In this document: positions 1 through 9,284 of the stretch, in pieces
Numbering within the stretch: position 1 is the stretch's first letter
How the letters are laid out: every line of letters starts with the position of its first letter
Assembly: GCA_041600715.1 (NCBI GenBank)
Contig: JBFIJM010000001.1
Coordinates: 320,387 to 384,386 of the forward strand
Source of the DNA: Candidatus Saccharimonadales bacterium
GTDB lineage: Bacteria > Patescibacteriota > Saccharimonadia > Saccharimonadales > 2-12-FULL-41-12
Direction of reading: 5' to 3'
DNA: 64,000 nt
Notes under the pieces: generated by a model
The model's input: only the letters and a program-made list of their open reading frames with translations
The model's database searches: none
Told to the model about the DNA's origin: nothing
Made by a program: the position numbers and the translations under genes

Positions 1-1
1 C

Positions 2-892
2 TCGCTACCAGTCATGGAGGGTAAAGCGTTGCTCTTCAAGCATTTTGCGGACATTGATGCGGTGCCGATTATCTTGGATGTGCATTCAGCTGACGAAATA
101 GTATCTGCTGTTAAGGCTATAGCACCTAGTTTTGGTGGCATAAATCTTGAGGATATTGGAGCACCGATTTGTTTTGAGGTAGAAGAAAGACTAAAAGCTG
201 AGCTACCTATACCTGTATTTCACGACGACCAACATGGTACGGCTATTGTCGTATTGGCCGGCCTAATTAATTCACTCAAAATTGTTGGTAAAGACCTGAA
301 TACTTGTAGGGTTGTGGTTAGTGGCGTAGGCTCTGCTGGAGTTGCCATTATGAAATTACTTAAGAAGTATGCACCCAGTGTAAGTATGATTGCGATTGAT
401 AGTCGTGGGATTATTAATTCATCAAGAGAAGAGCTTAACGGTACTAAACAAGACTTGCTCAGACACAAAGTTATAGTTGGCGACCGCGAAGGAAATTTGG
501 CCGATGCACTAGCCGATGCTGATATCTTCCTCGGAGTCTCTCAACCGGGTGTCTTAACTGGCGACATGATAAAGACTATGAGCAAGAATCCTATTGTTTT
601 TGCAATGGCAAACCCCGTCCCAGAGATAATGCCAGATGAGGCAAAAACAGCTGGAGTGGCAGTTATGGCAACAGGTCGCAGTGACTTCCCTAACCAAGTC
701 AATAACGCGGTAGCCTTTCCCGGGATCTTCCGTGGAGCACTTGATAACCGCGTACGTGACATTACCGACGACCATAAAATAGCCGCCGCTGAAGTTATAG
801 CTAGCCTAGTCCAGAATCCAACTCCGGATGAGATTATTCCATCGGTCATGGATGACCGTCTCGTTCCAGCAATCGCAAAGGTTATTGTCTAG
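2..892 (+). CDS. NAD(P)-dependent malic enzyme, C-terminal ~296 aa (5' end lies off the left edge)
   Basis: Frame is open from nt 2 (SLPVMEGKALLFK). Malic-enzyme motifs PVMEGK, FHDDQHGTA, Rossmann SGVGSAGVA and ANPVPEI are present. The listed ORF 14..892 is only the first in-window Met. Confidence 0.9.
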   Translation, partial: SLPVMEGKALLFKHFADIDAVPIILDVHSADEIVSAVKAIAPSFGGINLEDIGAPICFEVEERLKAELPIPVFHDDQHGTAIVVLAGLINSLKIVGKDLNTCRVVVSGVGSAGVAIMKLLKKYAPSVSMIAIDSRGIINSSREELNGTKQDLLRHKVIVGDREGNLADALADADIFLGVSQPGVLTGDMIKTMSKNPIVFAMANPVPEIMPDEAKTAGVAVMATGRSDFPNQVNNAVAFPGIFRGALDNRVRDITDDHKIAAAEVIASLVQNPTPDEIIPSVMDDRLVPAIAKVIV

Positions 893-2490
893 CCAACGAC
901 GCGGTAAACTTCGTCAAGGGTAGTGTTACCTGCCAATACTTGTAAGACACCAGCCTGAAGCATAGTTACCATGCCATCTTCGACTGCTTTTTCCTCGAGC
1001 ATATTTGTAGTAAGTTGCTGAGGTGGCATACGCAGTAGGTCTTGGATTCCCTTAGTCATACGGAACTGTTCACGAAGCGCAATTTGCCCCTTGTAGCCAA
1101 AAGGATTTTCTTCCGAACTACCAGGATTGTAAAGTGTAATGTTATCCAAGCTCGGTTTTTCTAATTGGGGAGGTAACGTTCCTATAACACTCCATAATTG
1201 AGCTTTAAGAGCATCGTCAGGCTCAAACCCAACCTTAGTTTCATCATCAAGTTTACGAACAAGTCGTTGAGCCATTACAAGATGCATTGCACTAGCAAAT
1301 AACGGGTTAACACCGATCGCGTCAAGCATACGAGTTAACGCAGCAGACGCAGATGAGGCATGGAATGTAGATAAGACTAAATGACCTGTCAAAGCAGCCT
1401 GAAGAGCAGTTTTGGCAGTATCTTGATCACGAATCTCACCTACCATAACTACATCAGGATCAAGTCGGAGCACGGCACGAAGTTTTTCGGCGAACCCACT
1501 TTTGTTACTGTCACCTTGTACAGGAATCTGAACTACGCCCGGCATAAAGTATTCAACAGGATCTTCGAGAGTTATTATCTTACGTTCCGATGTATTGAGT
1601 GTATTTATTATCGAGTATAATGTTGTCGTCTTACCTGAACCGGTAGGGCCAACGATAAGCACCATCCCAGATGGATGTTTTATGACATCATCAACCGCTT
1701 CACGTTCGGTATCTGCAAGCCCTAGATTATCAAGTTTTAGAAATTCTAACTTGAAGTTAAATAACCTCATTACAACATCTATCCCATATACTGTGGGCAC
1801 AGTTTCAACGCGTAAGTTTACAGTTACTTCTTCTCCTGTTGCCAGGCTGTAAGTTTGATTAATATGGCCAGTTTGAGCCTCAGGACTGCCAGTGCTGACG
1901 TTAGAAGCAATCGCCACTGAGGATATTACTTGGCGATATTTCTGATGACTAATGCTTGCAACTGGATGCAGGACTCCATCAACTCTAATTCTGACTCTTA
2001 CCCCGTCCTTCTGGCATTCGAGATGAATGTCAGAACCTTTCAGCTGATAGCATTGCTTAACTAAATAGGCGAGCACATCATCTGCGAGAACCTTATCTAG
2101 TGTTGCAGTAACTCGATCAAATAGCTCGGAGTCGTTTTGGCTGGAGAATGACACATCTTCGTACACAACCTGCTTCGGAGGGTCATAAAGCTTCATATAG
2201 TCAGCAAATCCGGTATCAGAAATTAAAGAAAATGTAACGCGCTGATCTATAAACTTGCTCTTGAGTTGGTTCATCGTTTGCTGAGAAGTCATGTTGGTAA
2301 CTCCAAAAGCAATATTATGATCATCGACATGGAGTGGAATTACTCGGTATTGCCTTAGGTCTACGACATTTAAAACATCTGGGTAAAGCTTCTTGTCACT
2401 GATGCTAGTTGTGTCCGTGTAGGACATGTTTAAAATCTGTGAGCGTCGCTGTGTGGACTGCTCCTCAGATCTACGAGCATCTTGACTCAT
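889..2490 (-). CDS. pilB: Type IV pilus / type II secretion assembly ATPase (PilB/GspE family)
   Basis: 533 aa. Walker A GPTGSGKTTT, Asp box/Walker B LDPDVVMVGEIRD, His box LTGHLVLSTFHA, and an N-terminal T2SSE_N-like region. Confidence 0.9.
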   Translation of the reverse strand: MSQDARRSEEQSTQRRSQILNMSYTDTTSISDKKLYPDVLNVVDLRQYRVIPLHVDDHNIAFGVTNMTSQQTMNQLKSKFIDQRVTFSLISDTGFADYMKLYDPPKQVVYEDVSFSSQNDSELFDRVTATLDKVLADDVLAYLVKQCYQLKGSDIHLECQKDGVRVRIRVDGVLHPVASISHQKYRQVISSVAIASNVSTGSPEAQTGHINQTYSLATGEEVTVNLRVETVPTVYGIDVVMRLFNFKLEFLKLDNLGLADTEREAVDDVIKHPSGMVLIVGPTGSGKTTTLYSIINTLNTSERKIITLEDPVEYFMPGVVQIPVQGDSNKSGFAEKLRAVLRLDPDVVMVGEIRDQDTAKTALQAALTGHLVLSTFHASSASAALTRMLDAIGVNPLFASAMHLVMAQRLVRKLDDETKVGFEPDDALKAQLWSVIGTLPPQLEKPSLDNITLYNPGSSEENPFGYKGQIALREQFRMTKGIQDLLRMPPQQLTTNMLEEKAVEDGMVTMLQAGVLQVLAGNTTLDEVYRVVG

Positions 2491-2543
2491 TAAATGTTGC
2501 CCACTTTTGTTATCATATTACATTCTATTTAAACACAAGAGTA

Positions 2544-3065
2544 ATGGGCTTGTATACTGATAGCATGGCAAAAGAGATTGTAGTAATAGCACACAACGTA
2601 AGGTCTACGCATAATATTGGCTCAATACTAAGAACATGCGACGGTTTAGGTGTGTCGAAATTATATATAAGCGGATACTCGCCTTACCCACTAGCAGATA
2701 ATGATGTACGTTTACCTCATATATCAAAAAAACTCAGCCAGCAGATTAATAAAACGGCCTTAGGCGCTGAGAAATCAGTAGTATGGGAACATATTTCAAC
2801 TTGCCAAGATGTCATCCCCTCATATAAAGAAAAGGGGTACGAAATCTTAGCTTTGGAACAATTAAGTACAAGTACTGCTCTACCTAGTTTTGAGCCAACT
2901 GATAAATCTATCCTCATCCTGGGCGAAGAAGTTAACGGTATTAGTAACGATGTATTGTCACTGTGTGATCGCATTTTAGAAATCCCTATGTACGGCGAAA
3001 AAGAGTCCTATAACGTTAGTGTGGCCACAGCAATAGCTCTCTATCATCTTCGCTTCTTTGGATGA
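2544..3065 (+). CDS. TrmH/SpoU-family RNA 2'-O-methyltransferase
   Basis: SpoU motifs NIGSILRTCDGLG, ILGEEVNGIS and IPMYGEKESYNVSVATAIALY. Start moved to ATG 2544 (alternative 2565), because the 2409 start overlaps the divergent pilB start and adds non-homologous residues. Confidence 0.85.
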   Translation: MGLYTDSMAKEIVVIAHNVRSTHNIGSILRTCDGLGVSKLYISGYSPYPLADNDVRLPHISKKLSQQINKTALGAEKSVVWEHISTCQDVIPSYKEKGYEILALEQLSTSTALPSFEPTDKSILILGEEVNGISNDVLSLCDRILEIPMYGEKESYNVSVATAIALYHLRFFG

Positions 3066-3999
3066 AGTGTGGTATAACCATAAGCAAATGCCGATAAAAT
3101 CCAAAAATAAAAACAGTTATCATAAAGGCCATCCAAAAGAACGCCATTCTAAGCGCTTTATAAAGGCTTATGCGCCGTATTTACCGCTCATTATGATTGT
3201 ATTATCTGGGCTATTCATTTCGTTTCAGAACAACATACATCATGTACCAGGCAGAGTACTAGCCTACGCCACTAATATGAGCGACTCAGGACTACTCGAC
3301 GCAACCAATAAAGAGCGACTAGCTAAAGATCTTCGTCCATTAAGATTTAATAGTCAACTCGATGAGGCTGCTCAGAATAAGGCACAAGACATGGCAGATC
3401 GTGACTACTGGTCCCATAACACTCCCGAGAACAAAGAGCCGTGGGTCTTTATAGAAAAATCCGGCTATAGATACTTTAAAGCAGCAGAAAACCTAGCGTA
3501 CGGATTTGATGATAGCAAAATGACAATTGCAGGATGGATGAACAGCGCCACACATCGCTCTAATGTATTAGACGCTGATGTTAAAGATGTTGGTTTTGGA
3601 ATAGTTAATGTGCCTAATTATCAAAATAGGGGCCCTCAGACTATCGTCGTGGCAATGTATGGTTTGAGTACACCCGAAATGGCAACAGCAACTCCTGCAT
3701 CTACCAACACTGTGCCGAGTGTACAGATTACCCACCCATCCCCAAGCGACAACCAGGAAAAGGCGATAAGTTACGCCCAGGCACTATCTGGAGGTGCTAT
3801 ACCATGGTCTACATTTGCAATCGGAATCATATTAGGCTCAGCATCAATGTACCTAGTATCTAAGCATACTCGAGGAATACATAGAGTGTTTCGAAGGGGA
3901 GAAAGATTTATCATTAAACATCCGATACTCGATAGCACACTTGTTGCTCTCATAGTATTAGCTACAGTTATTGTCCAGACAGCAGGGGTGATACAGTAA
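3058..3999 (+). CDS. Membrane-anchored CAP/SCP (YkwD-like) domain protein
   Basis: CAP-domain motifs DMADRDYWSHN, AENLAYGF and AGWMNSATHRSNVL. Lys/His-rich N-terminus plus a TM helix, a Thr/Pro-rich linker and two C-terminal TM helices. Confidence 0.75.
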   Translation: MDEVWYNHKQMPIKSKNKNSYHKGHPKERHSKRFIKAYAPYLPLIMIVLSGLFISFQNNIHHVPGRVLAYATNMSDSGLLDATNKERLAKDLRPLRFNSQLDEAAQNKAQDMADRDYWSHNTPENKEPWVFIEKSGYRYFKAAENLAYGFDDSKMTIAGWMNSATHRSNVLDADVKDVGFGIVNVPNYQNRGPQTIVVAMYGLSTPEMATATPASTNTVPSVQITHPSPSDNQEKAISYAQALSGGAIPWSTFAIGIILGSASMYLVSKHTRGIHRVFRRGERFIIKHPILDSTLVALIVLATVIVQTAGVIQ

Positions 4000-4000
4000 G

Positions 4001-7000
4001 TTACTGAAACTTAACAGAATTACTGCCAAATATTTCTTTCAAGGAGTCGAGTAGCTGTTCACTTACCTCCGTTGAGACTGGAAGTTTAACAATCTTCTTG
4101 TCAGTATCGTCACCAACAACAAGAACTACAGACGTGTCTCCTTCTGCTTTATCCAGCATTTGCTTGAGAACTCCAAGCTTCTTCTTATCAGAAGTATCAT
4201 GAACCCTAATATAAACTCTTTTTTCTAACTCTACTTCATTCTTCTGAGCTTGCTTTGATACGTTAGGCACTTTTTTTATTTTTGGACGTTTTGCTTGCTT
4301 ACCTGTTTCTTTATATGCCTGGACCTGCTCAAGCGTAACCTCCCGTGCATCATCTACCAGGATTTTAGGCTCTACTCCAATTGTTCCATCCTTCTCTTTT
4401 GCTGATATTTTCCCACTCAACACAATTACAGTGTCTCTTTCCCAAATTCCAAGTGTCTGTTGATAGGCACTCGGGAATAATACCAATTCAATTTCTTTTG
4501 TAAGGTCTGATATTTTAACAAACGCCATCTTCTGACCAGTTTTAGTTGTGATTTCGCGCGATTCTACTACGGACCCACCTATTTTGACGTTCTTGCCTTC
4601 CATTGAAGGCTCTATCTCTTTAATAGGAACGCATTGTTCATTCAAAAATAATTCGAACTCACCTAGTGGGTGTGAGCTAAGATATAAGCCAAGTAATTCT
4701 CTTTCCCAGCTAAGTTGCTCTCGTGAATTGAAAGCCTTTTGGGATGTATCTAATGACAACTTTGGCGCTAAGCCTTCATCGACTTCAATAAGGTTGCCAA
4801 ACAAGTCTGTCTGGCCACTAGCTTTATCCTTCTGGACACGATTAGAGTATGCAAGAAGCGTTTCTATATTATGTAGAAGTACACTTCTATCGCCCAGAGT
4901 ATCTAATGCACCTGACTTTATTAAACTTTCAAGACCTTTTCGATTAACAATTTTAGGGCTTACCTTACTCAAGAAATCCTCGAGTGTAGTAAATATTCCT
5001 TCTTGCTCCCTCTTATTGATAATTTCTTCAACTGCGCCCTTACCTACATTTTTTATGGCATTCATCCCAAAACGAATCTGCTCCTGACCTTGACTATTTT
5101 TAGTTATCGCAAATTCTCCAAATGAAGAATTAACATCAGGGAGCAACACTTCGATTCCCATGTTTTTACACTCTGCTATTTCAATGGCAAGTCTATCAAT
5201 GTCATCATAATCGCTTGTCATTAATGCAGCCATAAATGCACTAGGGTAATGCGCTTTTAAGTAAGCTGTCCAATAAGAAATCATCCCGTAGCAAGCTGAA
5301 TGAGACTTGTTAAAACAATAATCAGCGAATCCCATTAGTTTTTTCCAGAAGTCTTCGATTAACTTTCGATCAATACCATTCTCTACGGCACCTTCAATGA
5401 ACCGTTCTTCCATTTTCATCATGATGTCACGTTTTTTCTTGCCAATTGCCTTTCTAAGAGTGTCGGCCTCTCCTCCCGTAAAACCACAGACATCTCTGGA
5501 AATTTGCATGAATTGCTCTTGATAAACCAAAACACCATAGGTGTCTTTTAGAGCAGATTCCATTTTTGGATGGTCGTAAACAACTTCTTCGTTGCCGTTT
5601 TTTCTTCGAATAAAACTATCAGTTAGTCCAGCACTGAGCGGGCCGGGTCTGTATAGCGCGCCCATCGCTATGATGTCACCGAACACAGTAGGCTTAAGTT
5701 CTTTCAAGTACCTCTTCATACCCGACGACTCAAACTGAAAAACACCTGTAGTGTCCCCCCTCTGAAGTAACTCGAAAGTTTTCTTGTCATCTAACGGTAG
5801 CTCTCCTAGATCTATGTCGACGCCGTGAACACGCTTTACAATCCGAAGAGTATTTTTTGCAATTGTTAAGTTTGAAAGTCCTAAAAAGTCCATCTTCAGT
5901 AGACCTAGATCTTCTACCGGACCCATAGAATACTGAGTAGAAACTACGCCTTTTTGCGCCATTTCAAGAGGCGTGAAATTAACAATATCGTCAGGGGCAA
6001 TAACGACACCCGCTGCGTGAACTCCGTGGCTTCTTATAGTGCCTTCTAGTTTGATAGCCAAGTCAAAGACTTGCTTCGACTGATCATTAGTTTCGTATTC
6101 ACTTTTAAGTTCTGTATTATCTACTAAAGATTTTTCTAATGGAATATGACGCCCCTGGACTGGAGGTGGTATCATTTTAGCCAAACGATCAGCTTCTGCA
6201 TATGGAACCTGTAACACTCTTGCCACATCTCGGACTGCATTACGCGCAGCCATTCGGCCAAAGGTAACAATATTAGCCACCCTATCAGATCCATATTTTT
6301 CTATGCAGTATTGAATAACCTCATCACGACGAGTATCCTGGATGTCTATATCAACATCAGGCATACTAATACGATCGGGATTAAGAAAACGTTCAAATAG
6401 TAGGTCGTATTTGAGCGGATCTAACTCGGTAATTTTCATGCCATAGGCTATGATTGATCCGGCAGCACTACCGCGTCCTGGTCCAAACACAATACCTTGA
6501 TCCTTGCCCCAATTAATAAAGTCTGCGACTATCAAAAAGTACCCATTAAAACCCATGTTGCCTATAACTGAAAGTTCGTATTCTGCCCGTTTTAGTACCT
6601 CATCGGGAAGCATTTTTTTAGCCGTTGGGACGTCTAACTCACTTGCCTTCTGCTCATTAATATACGTATACCGCCAAGCTAACCCCTGATAGGTGCGTTT
6701 TTCGAGATATGTTTTTTCGGTCTCACCTTTAGGTACTGGGAACTTAGGAATTAAGATTTTCCCTAATTCTATTGTTACATTACAGCGATCAGCAATTGCT
6801 TTTGTATTAGTAATTGCTTCAGGATATACATCGCCCCAACGCTGTATTACTTCATTAGGGTCTGCCACATGAAGCTCAAAGTCCTTGAGGCTCATCCTGT
6901 TCTGATCACTCAGGAATGAACCAGTTTGCACACATAATAAAATCTCATGAGCCTCTTGATCGCTATGATGTAGATAATGCGCATCACCAGTTATCACCGG

Positions 7001-7636
7001 AGGCACATCAAGTTCCTTTGATAACTTAATTGCAAGTTCATTTACTCGCACTTGCTCATCCCACTTACTTGGATGAGCAGGATGTCCATGATCTTGAATC
7101 TCAATATAGTATCTATCGCCAAAAATAGATTTATACCACTCAGCAATTTTTTTGGCGTCGCCATACTGTCCAGCTCGAAGCGCGTCACCTACTTCGCCAT
7201 TAATACATCCAGAAAGAACTATAAGGCCTTCGTTATACTTCTCTAGTAATTCATGATCTATTCGAGGCTTATAATAGAACCCCTCAAGATTGGCTATAGT
7301 GCTTAGTCGCATAAGGTTTTGATAACCCTTATTATTCATCGCCAATATAATAAGATGGAAATATTGTTTATCTTTTCCTGCTTCTTTGTCTGTATGCTTT
7401 CTTGATGCGACATATGCTTCCATGCCTATTATCGGAGTTACGTCGTTTTCGGTTGCGGTACTATAAAACTCGATAGCACCTGATAAAGTACCATGGTCAG
7501 TCATAGCAATAGCAGTCATGCCAAAGTCTTTAACCTGCTTTATCAGAGGAGATATCTTTGTTAAACCATCTAGTAAGCTGTACTGCGTGTGGTTATGCAG
7601 ATGTACATAGTCTGATGGCTTGAGTAAACTCGCCAA
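4001..7636 (-). CDS. dnaE: DNA polymerase III alpha subunit
   Basis: 1211 aa. PHP domain N-terminus (HLHNHTQYSLLDG, MTDHG), conserved pol III alpha core (GPGRGSAAGS, PDVDIDI) and a C-terminal OB-fold region. Confidence 0.97.
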   Translation of the reverse strand: MASLLKPSDYVHLHNHTQYSLLDGLTKISPLIKQVKDFGMTAIAMTDHGTLSGAIEFYSTATENDVTPIIGMEAYVASRKHTDKEAGKDKQYFHLIILAMNNKGYQNLMRLSTIANLEGFYYKPRIDHELLEKYNEGLIVLSGCINGEVGDALRAGQYGDAKKIAEWYKSIFGDRYYIEIQDHGHPAHPSKWDEQVRVNELAIKLSKELDVPPVITGDAHYLHHSDQEAHEILLCVQTGSFLSDQNRMSLKDFELHVADPNEVIQRWGDVYPEAITNTKAIADRCNVTIELGKILIPKFPVPKGETEKTYLEKRTYQGLAWRYTYINEQKASELDVPTAKKMLPDEVLKRAEYELSVIGNMGFNGYFLIVADFINWGKDQGIVFGPGRGSAAGSIIAYGMKITELDPLKYDLLFERFLNPDRISMPDVDIDIQDTRRDEVIQYCIEKYGSDRVANIVTFGRMAARNAVRDVARVLQVPYAEADRLAKMIPPPVQGRHIPLEKSLVDNTELKSEYETNDQSKQVFDLAIKLEGTIRSHGVHAAGVVIAPDDIVNFTPLEMAQKGVVSTQYSMGPVEDLGLLKMDFLGLSNLTIAKNTLRIVKRVHGVDIDLGELPLDDKKTFELLQRGDTTGVFQFESSGMKRYLKELKPTVFGDIIAMGALYRPGPLSAGLTDSFIRRKNGNEEVVYDHPKMESALKDTYGVLVYQEQFMQISRDVCGFTGGEADTLRKAIGKKKRDIMMKMEERFIEGAVENGIDRKLIEDFWKKLMGFADYCFNKSHSACYGMISYWTAYLKAHYPSAFMAALMTSDYDDIDRLAIEIAECKNMGIEVLLPDVNSSFGEFAITKNSQGQEQIRFGMNAIKNVGKGAVEEIINKREQEGIFTTLEDFLSKVSPKIVNRKGLESLIKSGALDTLGDRSVLLHNIETLLAYSNRVQKDKASGQTDLFGNLIEVDEGLAPKLSLDTSQKAFNSREQLSWERELLGLYLSSHPLGEFELFLNEQCVPIKEIEPSMEGKNVKIGGSVVESREITTKTGQKMAFVKISDLTKEIELVLFPSAYQQTLGIWERDTVIVLSGKISAKEKDGTIGVEPKILVDDAREVTLEQVQAYKETGKQAKRPKIKKVPNVSKQAQKNEVELEKRVYIRVHDTSDKKKLGVLKQMLDKAEGDTSVVLVVGDDTDKKIVKLPVSTEVSEQLLDSLKEIFGSNSVKFQ

Positions 7637-7713
7637 TTTTAGCCCCCGATTACACGATAATTCTTATATATTTAATCAATTATAACTGATTGACCTATAG
7701 GATGTCTGTTGTT

Positions 7714-8115
7714 CTATTTTTTCTTTATGTAAGCTACGAGATTTTTTTGAGCTAATTTGACCTCTTCTATCACTGCTTGAAGATTTGGATCATCTGCATC
7801 CCCATTATGTAGAGCACTCAATAGTTCTTTCGCCTTAGTTTTTGCTACCTTAGCACTGGCAATAGCTTCATCAAGTTCTTTTTTGCCAGCTTTCTTAAGC
7901 TTCTTACTTCTTACTTCACCCTCACTAATAAGACCATTCAATTCACTGTGCATTTTCTTTAGTTTCTTTTCGGCATCAATTTTTGCTTTTGTAGAAGCCT
8001 TGGTTATATCGCCTCTGGTTTCTTTACCGCTTTTTGGGGCTGTAAGAATTCCAGCTAGATATCCTGCGCCCGCCAATATCAAAGCTGTGCTAGCTGCAAT
8101 TTTCTTTCTCATCAT
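7714..8115 (-). CDS. YtxH-domain protein (general-stress-like, N-terminal TM)
   Basis: N-terminal AGAGYLAGILTAPKSGKETRGDI signature followed by a Lys/Ala-rich helical region. Overlaps the upstream gene by 4 nt. Confidence 0.7.
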   Translation of the reverse strand: MMRKKIAASTALILAGAGYLAGILTAPKSGKETRGDITKASTKAKIDAEKKLKKMHSELNGLISEGEVRSKKLKKAGKKELDEAIASAKVAKTKAKELLSALHNGDADDPNLQAVIEEVKLAQKNLVAYIKKK

Positions 8116-8369
8116 TTCTTCCCCTTTTTTTGAAACACTTCAGTGAGGTTTGATATTAACTTCATGAACGCTACAGGCGTTGCTGTCTTCTCGAAGAATG
8201 AACTCATGTGGTCTGCCCGATCAGCCACCTGTTCAGCATGCTCTGTAATTTTCTTAACAAGTTTAACTATTTGGAGAGTTTTAATTAGTAACGCAATAGT
8301 TAGTAGCAGTACGACTGCTAAAAATGTACTTAAGATGATGACAAGAACTTCAAACCAAATGGTATCCAT
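8112..8369 (-). CDS. Small membrane protein, DUF948-like
   Basis: 85 aa, single N-terminal TM then an amphipathic helix. The pairing with YtxH is typical. Family assignment is from memory only. Confidence 0.5.
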   Translation of the reverse strand: MDTIWFEVLVIILSTFLAVVLLLTIALLIKTLQIVKLVKKITEHAEQVADRADHMSSFFEKTATPVAFMKLISNLTEVFQKKGKK

Positions 8370-8373
8370 AGCT

Positions 8374-9267
8374 CTATTGTACTATACCTCGCAAGTAGAT
8401 TAGTAAGTCATCACGTATTTTCTCATTCTTTAGTGCAAAATCTATGACAGTTTTCATGTATTCAAGCTTATCTCCAGTATCGTAGTATTTACCATCTTTT
8501 ATCTCGAGAGCTAGCATTTCATGCCCGTCGCTAATCATCGCTCTCATAGCTGGCTGTACCATAAACTCTTGTCCGGACTCAACCAAAGACTGTGTTGATC
8601 GTAAGTAATTAAATATATCTGGCGTCAATAAATATCCACTTACACTCGCTAAATTACTAGGAGCCTCTTCCTTGCCTGGTTTCTCTACTATTGTAGACAT
8701 CTTTAACAACCCGGGTGATATTTCAACACCCGCCACAATCCCGTAACGAGTAAAATCAACATCCCTATCGACTTTGATACAAGAAACTACGCTAGTACCA
8801 CGCTCTTTATAAAGGTTTATCATCTGAGTAAACCTAGAAGGCGTAGCCTCAATGAAGTCATCAGCGAATGCGTATATAAATGGTTCATCACCAATTAGAT
8901 GTTCGGCATTCAATATTGGGGTTGCATTCCCAAGCAAGCCTTTTTGTCTAATATAGGCAAAATTCGCTAAATTCGAAATATCTTTGGTCTGCTCTAATAG
9001 CTCTATTTTGCCTGCTTTCCGTAAATTCGCCCTTAGTTCAGCACTCATGTGATCAAAATGATCTTCAATAGATCGTTTGTGGTAGCCTGTTACTATTACA
9101 ATGTCCTCTATCCCAGCGGTGGTTAACTCTTCTACGATGTGTTGGATTATCGGCTTATCGACTAGTGGTAGCATTTCCTTGGGCATAGCCTTAGTCTGAG
9201 GGAGGAACCTGGTTCCGAACCCTGCGGCCGCTATGACTGCTTTTCTAACTGGCTTAGTGCTACTCAC
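8374..9267 (-). CDS. galU: UTP--glucose-1-phosphate uridylyltransferase
   Basis: N-terminal AVIAAAGFGTRFLPQTKAMPKEMLPLVDKPIIQ motif; 297 aa. Confidence 0.93.
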   Translation of the reverse strand: MSSTKPVRKAVIAAAGFGTRFLPQTKAMPKEMLPLVDKPIIQHIVEELTTAGIEDIVIVTGYHKRSIEDHFDHMSAELRANLRKAGKIELLEQTKDISNLANFAYIRQKGLLGNATPILNAEHLIGDEPFIYAFADDFIEATPSRFTQMINLYKERGTSVVSCIKVDRDVDFTRYGIVAGVEISPGLLKMSTIVEKPGKEEAPSNLASVSGYLLTPDIFNYLRSTQSLVESGQEFMVQPAMRAMISDGHEMLALEIKDGKYYDTGDKLEYMKTVIDFALKNEKIRDDLLIYLRGIVQ

Positions 9268-9284
9268 AAGTCTATACCGTACCT

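Noticed and set aside
2409-2543. N-terminal extension of the TrmH ORF.
   Set aside because: It would overlap the divergent pilB start by 82 nt. It encodes Cys/Val-rich sequence with no SpoU homology, and internal ATGs at 2544 and 2565 fit the family length.
4548-5087. Antisense or overlapping ORFs in the six-frame track. Examples: 4548..5087, 220..468, 541..849, 1381..1852, 19183..19506, 22940..23449, 23967..24287, 55425..55754, 56564..56967.
   Set aside because: They lie wholly inside, and opposite to or out of frame with, long ORFs that carry unmistakable conserved motifs. Their translations are low-complexity (Ser/Leu/Pro-rich) shadow sequences.
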